Source of the DNA: Paramecium tetraurelia
Lineage: Eukaryota
Length of the DNA stretch: 64,000 bases
Direction: 5' to 3'
Assembly: GCA_000165425.1 (NCBI GenBank)
Contig: CT868407.1
Coordinates: 1 to 64,000 of the forward strand
Shown: positions 10,384-24,171 of the stretch, in pieces
Layout of the letters: each line of letters begins with the position of its first letter
Numbering within the stretch: the first letter of the stretch is position 1
Made by a program: the position numbers and the translations under genes
The notes under the pieces: model-generated
What the model saw: the letters and a program-made list of their open reading frames with translations, nothing else
The model's database searches: none
Told to the model about the DNA's origin: nothing

Positions 10384-12808
10384 TCATTTCTTTCTGATTT
10401 AGCTTCTATTTAAATCACTAGCCATACTCTCCTCTAATTTTCTCAATCTCTATCTTTTCTCTTTTTCCTCTAATCTCTTTTGTTTCTCGTGTAAATACTA
10501 ATTATATTCTTCTGCTGTTAGTTTTCTTCCTATTTCATAACCAAAGTAACTCATTGCTAATTCTTTCTCATTTCTCTAAGAATATCCACTAAATAAAGTA
10601 AAGAGAACAGAGAAATTATCAATCTTAAGATCTCTTTTGTCAGGATCTTCCTTTTTCTCTTATCCCTCACCATCTTTTTTATCTTACTACTCATCACTTT
10701 TTTCTTTTGGTTTCTCTCCTTCCTATTTTTCACTTAAAATATTTCAATATACTTACATCACTTCCTTTCCAACTTTGAACTGCTATCCTTATTTAGTATT
10801 AAATTATATAAAGGATACAAAATTGTTATCCCTTCTAACAATTATTTATTTTATTTTATCTTTGTCTTGCAAGTCTAATTCATCTCTTTTTATATCCTTG
10901 TTTTTTTCTAATAATTCTTAGTTGATCTAAAAACTAATTAACATATTTTACATTCCAAGTTCCGCTTATTAGAGTACCATCCTCCTTTCTGTATTCTGTC
11001 CACAATAAATAAATTAATCCTTCATTTGGATTATGATATATAATTATTTTCTTAATTCTATGGTTGATGGAAAACTATCCTAAAATGTGAACATCATCAC
11101 ATTAAACAGTTTATTCATTTGGTTCATATCCAAACCAGTCCCTCTTAGATCCTCTATGCTTGGTTCTGCAAACAGTTTCAATAATACTCAATGCTTTAAC
11201 TTCTACTTTATCTTTCTCCTCTTTTTCACCTTATTTTTACTATTATCGCTTTTTTTTCTCTTCTAATTCTTGATAAGAAAGTTTAAATGGTTCTTACAAA
11301 AACTATTATTGTTTTTCTTTAGGTAACTTTGAATATTTTTCTTTGAATTATTTTAATTACTCATCCTTTTCTTTTCTCACTTTATCTTTTGTGATAACAT
11401 CCTTTTATTGTTTGGCTCTAAGTGGGGATAATTAAGATCGTTAGTTACTTTTTAGTTTTTCTAATTTCTCTTTCTCCTTTTTTTCAATTTCATTTTTCTT
11501 CTTTAATTTTAACTAACCTAATTTTTCCTCCTCCTCAACCATTTTAGTCTCTGCCATTTCCTTTTCTCTTTCTCTTTCTTTTATAGCATTCTAAATATTA
11601 ACTCTCTCTAATTTTAAATTATTTATTGAACTCTCTAATTAATCTTTCTCCTATTCAAATTTTTTCTACTTTTTATGTCTTTACTTCTACAAATCTGCTT
11701 TTAATTAAAATAATTAAATGAAATTTTGTTCATCAGCTTTTAAGCTGCTAACATCTTTTTTTTCTTTAATATAATCACTAATTCTCTTAAACTTACTGGA
11801 TTTATCTTCTTCATCACCTTTTTCTTTTTTCTCCTTAGCTTTTTCTTTTTCTTTTTTATCTTTATCTTTCTTTTCTTTTATTTCCTTAACTAGTTCCTTA
11901 TTTGATTTTAATTTTTCATCATTTAGCTATTAATCCTTTTCATCCCAATTAGCTTTTGCTTTCTTATAAAGATCTTGTAAACCCTTAATTTTGTCATCTT
12001 AGAGTTCCTCAATTTTTTCTGAATAGAATTCGATGGATTATTAGATTAAATCAATGTTTTTTTAGAACTTACTTTTCTTGTCATTTATTTTATTTTCTTT
12101 TTCTCTAAGCATACATAACTCTTTATTTAATTAATTAATCTATGCAGCTTCGTCTGTTCCATTTTCAATTTTTTCTAGTTTTTTCTAATTGCTTTGGCTT
12201 TGTCGTTGATGTTGTATATTTTCCTTTTTTATCATTTTTAATTCTTTTCTCTTATCTTCTAATTTAGTTTGTAACAATTCAATATTTTTGGTCATTTCAA
12301 TTGCCTCATTTTCTTTTTTGGCTACTTCCTTCTCTTTTGCCAAAATTTCATTGAACTTTGAAGCACTTTTTAGTTCTTATTCAAGTTCACTTAGTCTATT
12401 ATTAACTTAATCTTCGGTCATTTAAGCGATATTGATTTCTAAATCCTTAGTTTTTATCATTTTCCTTAAATTTTTTTCTCTTTCTTCTTATTCCTTTTTA
12501 TATTGCTAAGCTTTTTCATCGACAAGTTGCCTTAAACCTGTTACTTATTCTTTCAGTGTGTTGTATTATTAATATAATTTTTTTGAGATCTCATTTGCTT
12601 TAAAATATATAAAATGATATACCTTGATTAATTTCCATCTTAGTATTCTCAATTTGCTAGGCTACAGTTAACTTGGGGATTTCAACCTTCATGGTTTCAT
12701 ATTATCCGGTTTTCTCATTTAATTTCTTCACAATGCCTGATGTTCTATAGCACATTATATATACCTTTAGTAACATTATCTGACGTAATTATTTTACGAC
12801 CTGTCCAT
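10384..12808 (-). CDS. Hypothetical K/E/Q-rich coiled-coil protein
   Basis: Long code-6 open frame MDRSQNNYVRQC... ending ..LNRSQIRKK*, with several short GT-AG introns (e.g. ~12745-12764). The start codon is uncertain because an out-of-frame ATG sits at 12834. Confidence 0.7.
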
Positions 12809-12950
12809 TATTGTTATTTTTATTGATCAGCCATGAAACTGAAATAGATAATATAATTAATATTAAATATTTCAGCATTAGTGATATGAATTATATATTT
12901 ATATAGAAAATATAAGTAATTAAATATCTAAATTAGATCATTTAAATAAT

Positions 12951-13591
12951 ATGAAGCTTGCAAAAAATGATCCCTAAATGCAATAAGTAATTTTCAACTT
13001 GAAAGCTTAGGAATAATAAATGCTATATAATAAAAAATATGCATTTTTTACATTGTAAAACGAAAAATATGTATAAATTGTCTGTGAATTACCCAATATT
13101 TTCACAGTTGAGGATGCTATAACATTCACTTTGTAATAATTCTAAAAGGAATTAGGTAATTTTTAAATTAAATAATCCTTAGAAGTAAACTTCAAGGCGA
13201 AAAAGGCAAGTGATTACGCCTTAAAAATTTCAAAAAAGTCTGGGTAACCCAAAGATGATCTGCCAAGTATTAGCTAGATATAAATGTCACTTAGGTTTGG
13301 ATTATGAATAAATCTTATTTGAAACTGGAAGTCAAACATTCACTTTAGTGTGTAAAAATAATCTATAAAATTCTGATAATTAATTATAAGCTTAAACCTC
13401 AGTGACTACAACCATGTGTTCTTAATAAGAATAATAAGACATGTCAATCAAGTCTAGAGTATCATATACGAATGGATTAAACAAAGGAAAAGTAATAATA
13501 TTATTTTTATTTTTCCACATAGAAACCAATCAAAGAAAGTGATAAGAAGGAGAAAAGTGGTGGATTTTGCTTTTTCAATAAGTGCTTTTGA
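12951..13591 (+). CDS. Small hypothetical protein
   Basis: MKLAKNDPQMQQ...YALKISKKSGQPKDDLPS|LDYEQILF...GGFCFFNKCF*. Three short introns near 13156, 13267 and 13491. Confidence 0.7.
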
Positions 13592-13759
13592 TAAATATAG
13601 AAATTATTAACTAAATACTATAATAATTATACATAATACGAAAAATAAAAAATTTTGTTATCATAAAATAAAATTGTAATTTTAGGGATATAAATCTTAA
13701 AAGCCTTCAAATCTTATTATTAATATTTTTTTTAATTGTGATAATTTAGGTGGTAATAA

Positions 13760-14866
13760 ATGATTCATAGGTTAATGTCTTATGGTAGAATATCTAAAGT
13801 GAGTTAACAAGGTATAAATTATCTAATTGAATAATTTTAGTACTCACAAACTCACTGAATAAAACATCTAGAAGCTATTTTAGTTAGGTACCTTAGCAAG
13901 GTTCTTCAAACACTGAGCTTGTGAAAATTTTTGCAGCATTTTTCGGCATAGTTGGTTTGGGTACTGGTGGATATGTTGCCTATTAAAATTCTCAAAAAAC
14001 AAAACATTTAGAGGCAAAATCAAAATAGACTACCATATCCAATGAAACTATTGACAATTTGAGATAAAAATCAATAGAAAATGAAGAATAAAAAAAGGAA
14101 GAAATCATAACCATGTTTTCGGATGTTAATGACAGAATGCTTAGGTATAGAGGAGATCCAACAAGTGAGAAGATGCTTGTATTTATTTTACCTTACCCTA
14201 ATTATAGGCTGATTTTACAATTTATGGGGATTTGAAATGGTTTGAAGTTGATCCTGAAGAATGGGAGAAGCCAGAAGAAGATATGATTATGAAAGATGAG
14301 AATGAAATAATTAAACACCCAATTAAAAAAGCATTGATAAATGAAAGAATCACTCATGCCTTTGAAGCTGAAAGGTACTCAAATACATCAATAGTCTAGA
14401 ATATTGCAAAGTATTTTTGTAAATGTAAATGATGTACTATCTGAAATCGAAAAGACAGGAACATACACTCCACCAGGCATTTTCTTTAGATTTTATGGTT
14501 ATGTGTACTTCCAAATTAGAAGAAAACCTATTAATGTGGAAAATTTGGTTAAGGCCTAAAAATATATTTCTGTATTTATAAATCATAATCATAGCTATTT
14601 GATTTATTCTTCTAATACTAAACACCTGTTTTGTATTATCATAATTAGTATCTTGAAATACCCTTAAAACCTGCTATTTTTGATGTAAATTATAATAGTA
14701 AACTGTTTAGAACATAGATTGGTTACCAAATGCTTATTTAAATTCTAAACAATAGGCAAAAATCTACCTAACTGGCAAACCAAAGCACGTGTTTTCAATG
14801 AGAATCAAATAAGGAACAATTGATGAATCTACTCAAAGATTTGCATGGACAAACCATTACAAATGA
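13760..14866 (+). CDS. Hypothetical single-pass membrane protein, possibly mitochondrial
   Basis: Basic/hydroxylated N-terminus MIHRLMSYGRISKVSQQ, hydrophobic segment IFAAFFGIVGLGTGGYVAY, several ~25-nt introns, ends RFAWTNHYK*. Localisation is inferred. Confidence 0.65.
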
Positions 14867-14912
14867 AGATTTATACAATACATTATAAGCAATATTAAAA
14901 TTCTTAGATTAA

Positions 14913-15643
14913 TCATAATTTTGGAACAAATACTTATAATTGCCAATCTTTTTTTTCTTTGTTAAAAAATTGTTTTAATAATTGGATTTGTTGCCTACTT
15001 AAAAACGGAACTTTGTGCCCTTGATCATGAAAAATCACTAAAGGGTTTAAAAACTGAGTTGATAATCCTAACGATCTTAATATATTATGCACTCTTTACC
15101 TATCATATAGGAAATCATTAATTCCAATAAAATGAATAGAAGGAATTTTGCAGAAAATCAATCTGTTATCTGGCAGGTTCACCATCGACCCAGAACAAAA
15201 AATAAAACAATTTAATTCATAGCCTAAATCAATTTATTTATGCTCCAATAATGTAGCCAATCTAGCTGCTACTGCAGTTCCTTAAGAAAATCCTAGAACC
15301 CCATAAAAGGGACCTTATTCTTTGAGTATTTTAATTACGTAATCTAATGATTCCTAAAAAACTAAGATTCATCATATGTTAATATACCTCCATCAATATT
15401 TTAACTATCCAACTTTAAAAAGTTTCCCCATGTAAATAGTGGTTTATTTTCAATCATTTTAGCAAAATTTTAGGGGACTACAACTTATGAAACATGAACA
15501 TTTCTTGTTATTGATATTGGACCATCTAAAGTGACAAACTCGTAATTATTAAATTCTTTCTCAAATTATCTTAATTAATAAGAGTGAAACTCTTTGTTGG
15601 CGCCATTTCCATGTAAACATAGGATTTTTTTCTTATTTTCCAT
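14913..15643 (-). CDS. FSH1/OVCA2-family serine hydrolase (alpha/beta hydrolase)
   Basis: KILCLHGNGAN, GPFYGVLGFSQG (nucleophile elbow), IPSIHFIGINDFL, HDQGHKVP. Two introns. Ends in PKL*. Confidence 0.88.
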
Positions 15644-15875
15644 TAAAAAATTTTATTGAATAATTAATATTTTTATTCATTCAATTGATTCTCAAAATCA
15701 AAGCAATTTTCAATGTAAATTGATAATAATAGAATGTTGATATAATATAGTCTTTATAAAAGATAGATCATTCTAAATTTCATATATTCAGAAAATTATT
15801 TATGATATTTTATATTTATAATATTTCCTCAAAATGAGATATTAAATAAAGAGAGCACAAATCATAGTAAATCAG

Positions 15876-18456
15876 TCAATATTAAAATTATAGCTGCTTT
15901 AAATTAAAATTCTGCAGAAGTTCTGGAATTAACTTTTTCATAAAAGTTTCTTTTCTAAAAATATTGAGTTCAGCCTTTTAATTTGAATCAAATCTGGAGA
16001 GAGATGAGATTCTTTTATGTTTGGTTATATTAGACCTTTCAATAAATGAAGGTTATTTATAGAATTGTTCAAAATATTTTGGGATGCTATTTGTGAAAGA
16101 TCTTCTTGTCATACTAAAATAAATAAATCCATTACTGCTTTTGAGATTGCAAATCGAGGAGTCTTTTTGATTTATTTTTTGATCTTTCAATACAATTCAT
16201 TGAGCTTTTAGATGATAAAGATAAGTAGTTATCTTATAAATTTATGAGATTTTCAAGATTTCCTAAAGTAATTTTTGATTATCTTGGAGCTAAGGTTTGA
16301 TTTTTTAATCTTTTTTAGTTTTATCTCAATTATGCTTTTAATTTTTTTTTTTCTTCCTCCATTTAGAGTAGTATAAAATTTGCATAAAAGTTGATATTTT
16401 ATGCAACATTAGTTATATTGAATTCGTTATAAAAATCAGAGTATTCTTTCAAATGATCAATATCACAAGCAATTTTAACATCTTCGATAATATAATTATT
16501 TGTTATGTTTTTTTATTATTTTTCATTTCGATTTTGATTGATTTAATATTTTTGAATTTACTCTTAAATTTAATTGATATTTATTTTTTCTCGTTTAGAC
16601 TTTCTTTAAAATAATCTCATTCTACTATTTTAATGACTGAAGTATTCAAATATAATATTTTTTCGACTGGCTCTGTAATGAAAAACAGTGCAATTTCTTG
16701 CTATGTGATGAGGTCGATCACATATGTAACATCTCAGCTTTAATGGTTTAAAATTATTCTCAACTTCTAAGCAGTCCTTCATAAAGTATAATTTTAATAA
16801 ATCACTTTCAAGAGGTTTAGCAGCTTCCCATAAATCTGATCTTTTTAAGCTCATAACATTTACAAAATCTACAGTTTTTGCAGAAGCATTTCTTGGCTTT
16901 CTACCAAAGAATCCAATTTCCCCAAAATATTCTCCTTTCTATAGTGTTTTAACAAGGGTTTCCCTTTAAGTAAGACAAATATTAATTTATCCATTTTGAA
17001 TAAAATATACTTTGTCGTTATCTAAGGAATTCTCTTTAAAAACATATTCTTCTGGTCCCAAGATTTATTCGTTTAAAACGTAAACAAGTTTATTGATTAA
17101 TTACGGAGTAAACTCTTTGCTAAATAATTAAACTTTATGTAGTATTCTTCCATTCAATAAACAAACAATTTCAGTTTTAAGATTTGCAGATAAACTCTTT
17201 AATACATATTACTCATAATTTCTTGCAATTTAAGCAGAACCAGCCAGCCATTCCAAATAGTTTTTTACTCTACTCTACAATTCTTTTGGTATACTTTTTT
17301 ATCTGATATATCTAGTTGGATTATATAAAATGAAACCTCACAATCTTAGAATTCTAAATTCGCTATTATTAAATCTTCTCATCTTCCCCCTCTATAATTT
17401 GCATGAAACTGGACATACTGTAACCGAAAATAGCTGAAGCCAAAACCATAGCGAAAACTGCAAATATCATTTCTGTTTGTGTATTTGCATTGATATCTCC
17501 ATATCCAACTGTAATCATTGTTGTTACACTAAAATAGAATGCTGAGATGTATTTGATTCCCCAATCTGCATCTGCTATCCCGTATTTTTACATCCATGTA
17601 ATACTAACTTACTCGTCTGTATATTCTATGATATTCCAAATGCAAGCTATCCAATGAGCTATACTCAAAATCATACATGCAATCTTTAAAAATTAAATCA
17701 TTGCCTGAAAGGTTTATGCTAATGTAAATGACTCTATGGAATAATTATTATAAAAGTTACCTTCCAGCTTTTGCAATATTTTACTGATTTTTAAAACTCT
17801 TAATAGTCTTATTATTTTTATGAATTTGAACAATCTTACTATTTTAAATAATTAAGTTTGAGAATCCTCTACACTAAACATTTAATCGTATGGCAGGACG
17901 GCTAAGAAATCTAACCAAAACCATAATTTCAAATAATTAATTGCAATCAGTTTCCTATCAAAAATGATTTCTCCTCTAACATAGTTATAGAATCAAAATT
18001 AAGATACCTATGATAATATGCTAATTTAAAATTCAATATCATATCAATATAAAAGAATACATCCATAAATTAATTAAAAGCTAAAAATCCTTCGCTTAGT
18101 TCTACTGAATATGTTAAAACTAAAGGTATTTGGATCATTTGTATGAATATGAAAATCATACTTATCAATTCCCAAAATATTCGAAAAGATGAATTCGGGT
18201 TAGAAACTTTAGGTAAACCCCATAAAAAGTTTTTGAATTTTTTCCAATTAGAAACTTTTGATAAATCAATGCTCTATCGATCCTACAAATAGTAAATTAT
18301 GTCTCTGGCATCTTTATCATTAACACTTATTATTGTGATTAGTTGTCTCTGCTATTAGATTTGCTCTTAATTTATATCTTAAGCTTTGTCTTAAATTAAT
18401 CAATTTTTAGAGATACCCAAATATTATTAACGTGGGTCTTAGGTAACCTAAGTCAT
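15876..18456 (-). CDS. Voltage-gated K+ channel with cyclic-nucleotide-binding domain (EAG/HCN-like ciliate family)
   Basis: [11 protein letters not shown] (pre-S1), Arg-rich S4, pore [11 protein letters not shown] (~17490-17525), [25 protein letters not shown], followed by [14 protein letters not shown]. Confidence 0.92.
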
Positions 18457-19082
18457 CCAGATTTTATATTGTTAAATATATTAAATTAATTACTAAGAAA
18501 TAGATTATAAATATCATCATAAGCAATTCTAAATACTGAATTTATCTTTTAAAAATCCAATAATCAATTGAAAAAGGATTTATTAATGAATGAAGTAAAT
18601 AATCATCTTGTTCACCCATTAAATTATTAGTCTTACAAAAATCTAGCAAGTATAGTTTAATTGTTGAATGCAAAGATAACATAATAATAGTATTTAGATT
18701 CTTTATAAAAACTAACAGGAGTTTTAGAAATTCTAATAGAAGAAAAATATTACTAAGAATTTTGTTTAAGTGATCATCAACAATTTTATCACTCAAAACT
18801 TAAATTATGATTTCAGGCTCTAAATATTTCTATAGGAATGATTAATTAATTATTGGAAACAATGCATATTATAAAGATATTCTCTTTTTAAACTTTTTCT
18901 ATTTCAAAACGTCTGGAAAATACATTATTTTAAAAATTTTGTATTAAAATCTTTGATTCATTTAGATGTTAAAAATTGAAATCACTATAAATTTAGTAAG
19001 GAATAAAAAACTAAGATTAAGAATAAATGAATTATTAAATAACATAATAAATTATCAAATTAATTTGTATATATTTAATTAA

Positions 19083-20868
19083 ATGTTATCTTCTAATAAT
19101 TAGGATGAAGCAATGTTATCAGAAAGAAATGAATAAGAATTATTCCAAAGCGATTCCTCTTCCGAAGCGAATGAATCTGAGAATTAACTGGATGAGGAGA
19201 ATGAAAATGATAAAATTGAACCTGAAAATCCTTCATTTTAAGAACAGTAGCCTTTGTTGAAAGATGAGCATAAAAAGAAGGAAATCAAAGAAACATGCTT
19301 AGAGAAACTTAAGGGATATATTGGGTTTGGAAATTTTTTAACTAGCTAAAAAATAGGTTATGTGTTTTTTATTCCAATTTCAAGCAAATGGACTTTTAAA
19401 ATGCAAGTCATCATAACATAATTAATTATAGCAACAGTCTCACTTGGAGTATTTTTTGGTATTAGATTTCTCGGCTAAGATATATTTAAAAATATTATTT
19501 AAGATTGGTCGAAGAATAATTTTGCTAAATTGTAATAAGAACAAATTCAATAAGTTTCTGAACAGTTCATTACTCTTTGCTAAGTTACTTTGATGAATGA
19601 AATTTAATTTGCTTAAGTCATGAATGAAGTTTTTTAATAAAGAGTAATTTAATGGAATGAAGATCAACTTATTTCAATGGAGTAAGATTTGGACGAATAT
19701 GCTAAATTCTATTAATATGCTTCAATTATTGATTATGCAACATAGAGTTATTCAACTTACATGTTTTTAAATTAGACAATTTTATCTTACAGTGAACTTT
19801 CATATTATCTAAGTACGAATTACTTAATGAAATACAATTACGTAACTTTAACCTGCTCATTTTTCTGGATTTTCCAAAATGGCTTGATGGTTCAATACCC
19901 AGGAATTAATGTTACAGATATTCAACAATTCAGAAATTATAGGAAAAATATAGATCTTCTACATAAAGAAACTTCAGAATTTGTTTTTGATGATGTTCTA
20001 TAAAACTTTGTCCAAAGATCTATTTATCCAATAAAGAATTCTATCAATTAAACTATTGGTAATGTATTTATTGAAAGACTACCATAAAACTTTAAGGATT
20101 TATTTATGTTATTTGCCACGAGTGATTTGCTCAATTATACAATTATTATATCAAACAATGATGGAAGCATTGTATACTAAAGTTTACAGACTTCTAATTT
20201 CACAATAAACATCATAAAAGATTTAATCGAAAATTCTGACTCTATAAAAGTTCATGATTTTAAATTGGAATAGGATGGAAATTCCGAAAATCCTTATAAA
20301 ATCTATAAAGGAATGATAAATGATACCATCCATTCTATATCGATCATTAGACTAAACTTTATAATTATTATGTAAGCTGTATTATCATATTAGTGTATAT
20401 CCATATACTTTGCTAGAAAAATAATTGCAAGACTAGGAGGAAGAGTTTTACACTTATGATAAGGAATTTAACGAAAGATATTTAGCTGCCTGCATTGCGG
20501 CTCCTCTTATTTATATCATTTTAGTGGTTTTCTTTTTAGTTCGAGAAATTAAACCATTAGAAGAAATTACACAATTAGCCTAAATGTCTTTGAAAAAATC
20601 GCAGGCTTTTGATGAAAAATCTTTGTCAAATATCAAAGGAAATGGTTTAATATCTCATTTAACTTCGTTATTCAGTAAATTAATGTTAGATTTGAACTAA
20701 CTGAAACTAGAGAAGAAAAAGTAAATTATTGATTTTTATAATTCATAAACTTATCCAAAAAATAATAAAGTCAAAAACGTGGATGAAATTCTTAAAGAGA
20801 TTGAAAAGATAAATATCGAATAAATTTAATCTTAATCGCCTATTCAAATACCAAATTATGAAGATTGA
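19083..20868 (+). CDS. Two-TM membrane protein with a large luminal domain and a HAMP-like juxtamembrane segment
   Basis: Acidic N-terminus, TM1 near VIITYQIIATVSLGVFFGI, a long N-glycosylation-site-rich loop, TM2 LAACIAAPLIYIILVVFFLV followed by REIKPLEEITQLA. The domain names are inferred from topology. Confidence 0.65.
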
Positions 20869-20900
20869 TATAATTTACGTGTTCATACTAATATATATTT

Positions 20901-23900
20901 TCATAATAAATCAGGTTGTTTTGGATATTAATTTGGTTTTTATTATGATTGTGTAGAAATTTCTGATCTTTATTGCTATTACATCTATTATACAGCATAT
21001 TATTGTAACACTTAAGGTTGTTAATAATATTATTATTATTTATCATCCATATTTATTAAATCTAATGGTTAAGTTTAAGTTTATTAAATTTATTATATAT
21101 TTTATTACATATATTAAATAGGTTATCTTTATTGTTATTATAATTATTATTACTATTATGATTATTATGATTATTATTATTAATAGTATTACTATTATGA
21201 TTGTTACAATTATTATTATTATTAGTATTACTATTAAGCTAATTATTATTACTACTAAGAATATTACAATTATTATTAGTATTACTATTAAGATTATTGT
21301 GTTTATTATTAGTATTGCTATTAAGTTTATAATGATTATTATAATGAAATTTATGATTGCGATTATGTAATACTTATACTGGATTACGATTTTTAATTTT
21401 AGTATTATACATTTTAATTATCTTTAAAGAAGTCTTAATAGTCATCAGATTATAATGGTTATTGTTATCTTTAAAATTAAACGATTGAAGAATGTTATTT
21501 TGGAACATCTTAGTTAGGTTAATGGTGTTTAAAATTCTACATTTTTGACAAACAATATTAAGCTTTAACTAAGTCAAGCTTTTCTTTATCTATCTTCTTG
21601 ATTTCTATAACGTAATAACCAGATACGGGTCTATGATCACTATCTAAGCATTCATTTCTTTTATAAAATCGTTACTAACAAATCAATTCCTCCTTACAGC
21701 TCACTAAAATTCGATCACACCAAGAAGGGGTTCTTTGTTTTTTAGAAGTATCATAGACTTAACAATTTTTATCATATTTGTAAGTCGGTAAAAAGAAAAT
21801 GCTACCCTCCTAATAGTTTTGTAGATATTAGTTCCTATTTTTATTCTTTCCTAATTGATCTTAATTCAATAAATATGCTAACTTTGCTTTTGCATTTGGA
21901 TTATTCTGATCTTATGAAATCAGCTATTGATAATGTCTGATTTATTCAATAACTTCTTGATATGGCAAGTCTATTCTAAAATTCATATCACCAAAAAAAA
22001 ATGAATAATCTAGATCGTTTAAAGTAGTTTTAGACTTTGAATTTTGGAATGCTCTCTAATGAATCTCATCAACGTCTGATAATCTTTATTGGCATTATTT
22101 ATTCCCAGATGTTAGATGACAACAAGTAAATCCTAACTAAAATAATTATATGAATAAAAGTTACTTGAGAATCATCAAATTTAAATTTCACTGAAACACC
22201 TCCTTTATTTCCCAAAGTCCCTCCTAACCCTGTTTTAACCACATCTGTATCAATTTATGTTACTCTTGAAATTTAGGATGTTTTTACAAAGACGGCCATA
22301 TATAAACCAACTAAATCAGATTCTCCTATTTTTGTATAAGGTTCAATTTTTGATAGGTTGGATTGAAACAATTAATCCCAAAGCTAAAGTGTTTTTTCAT
22401 TGCTCATAATGACTATGTTTTATGGATTCAAATCAACAATCTCTTACAAGCCAAAAACAATTATATCTGGATTAGGTTGTTCCTAAAAATTTAATATATT
22501 TTAAGAAAAGTTATTTGTCACAGGATTATTACCGCCAACATTCCAAGTCGTTAATAATATTGAGGCTTCACTTTGGGTGCAAAAATGCTTTTCTTACTCA
22601 GTAATCCAATTATCGAAATGGGTTTTAGATGTTAAACCGTGCAATAATTAATTGATTGTGTTTTATTTGGTATCATCCTCAAATTAACGATTATAAAATC
22701 TCTCAATATTATTGTATCCATCTTTGAGCATTCCCATAAATCCTCGCTTTCCTTCTCTTGCCATCTCTGAGACAGTACTACCTGATCCCGAGTATATGAA
22801 ACTCAACATGTCCCCATTATTAGCCCACATAATCTTATATTTGATGATTAGATCATGTAATAATTTTTTATTATTTTCATCAAAATAATTGAGGATATCA
22901 GGATTACTTGATAATTAAAGATTTAAAATTTTTAAAGATCTGTCCAAGCTATAAAGACAGAGTTTACTCATAAATAAATTAGTTCTGTCCAAACAATCTA
23001 AGCAATTTATTCTAAAAACTCCATTTTATTTTGTTATCATGTTTTTGTCTTTTTCAATATAACATTAAAATTTATCTAAAGTTTATTCGTATTAGTAAAT
23101 GTAGGAATTGACTCCAGTAGACTTACCATTTTTGACTAAGGAATGGAAATCAAGGTATTGATAATTAACATGATCTAATTGAGCCTACTGAAACTGATAA
23201 TAAAAATTATCTGTTAAGAGTTACTCTATTTATCTACTATTTTACATTAAATTAATGCAAAATATCTTGCCATATCTTCTGAGTAGATTAAAATGTTTAA
23301 CAAAAGCAGCTTATGTCAATTCTTTTGATCTAGTTAGTTTTACATTAGACACACTATCTTAATTCCAAAACAATGGCACTGACCCTCGTATGGCAACAAA
23401 ACTTATTAAGATTTAGCCTTGGATGAGTATTTGTTCTGTTTCAACGAAATTAGCCACATGTCCATCATCGTTGATTCCTCTTGAGTAATAGCGAGTCCCT
23501 CCCATAAATCTACTTCTTCTGGAAATTAAGGTCACTGTAATTGGTTTATTATCTATGAAGGAATCTATTTATTCGACATATCCTTATATCATAGGTAATT
23601 GCCAACCGGAAGAGATCTTATTTTCTCTTAAAGAGCTAAGAAGCTTGTTATTCCAGACAAAACTATTCTCATACTTTTAGAAATGCCTTGCAAGAGTGAT
23701 ATCTCCATGGAGTGAGAAATAGAATCCTGATTAGAGTAGTTTCTTTTGATTGCCCAAACTTTCCATGATATCCTTATTGTTATTAGGATTATTATCCTCT
23801 AATTAAATGAGTTTTTTACTTCGATTGCAACGTAGGATACTTAATCGATGTGATAAATAATTTGTTCCTGGATTGTCGCAACTTTTGTGCACTCTTCAAC

Positions 23901-24145
23901 AAGCACTATGAATGATTTATTATATGTCTTGAAGACTCCCAAAATGTAGGAGCATCTTCTGTCACCTTTGATCTTGCCTTCCTGCTCATGATGTTTAGGA
24001 GATTCTTCTATAATTTAAGAAGTTCTGTGAAATTTTAGCTGGGTGGTTAAATAGGGTAAATCTGATTTAACCTATTGATAGGGATATTTGATACTATTAT
24101 GGCATTCTGATAGGCAGTAAGCTAAAATAATTTCAAATTAGTCAT
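20901..24145 (-). CDS. Synaptojanin-like phosphoinositide phosphatase (Sac1 + inositol 5-phosphatase domains) with Q-rich tail
   Basis: Sac1: [56 protein letters not shown]. 5-phosphatase: [54 protein letters not shown]. Confidence 0.93.
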
Positions 24146-24171
24146 TTAATATAGATTATGTATATTAATAA

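Noticed and set aside
21158..21370. Ile-rich hydrophobic 70-aa ORF on the + strand
   Set aside because: It is the antisense reading of the synaptojanin Q-rich TAA repeats.
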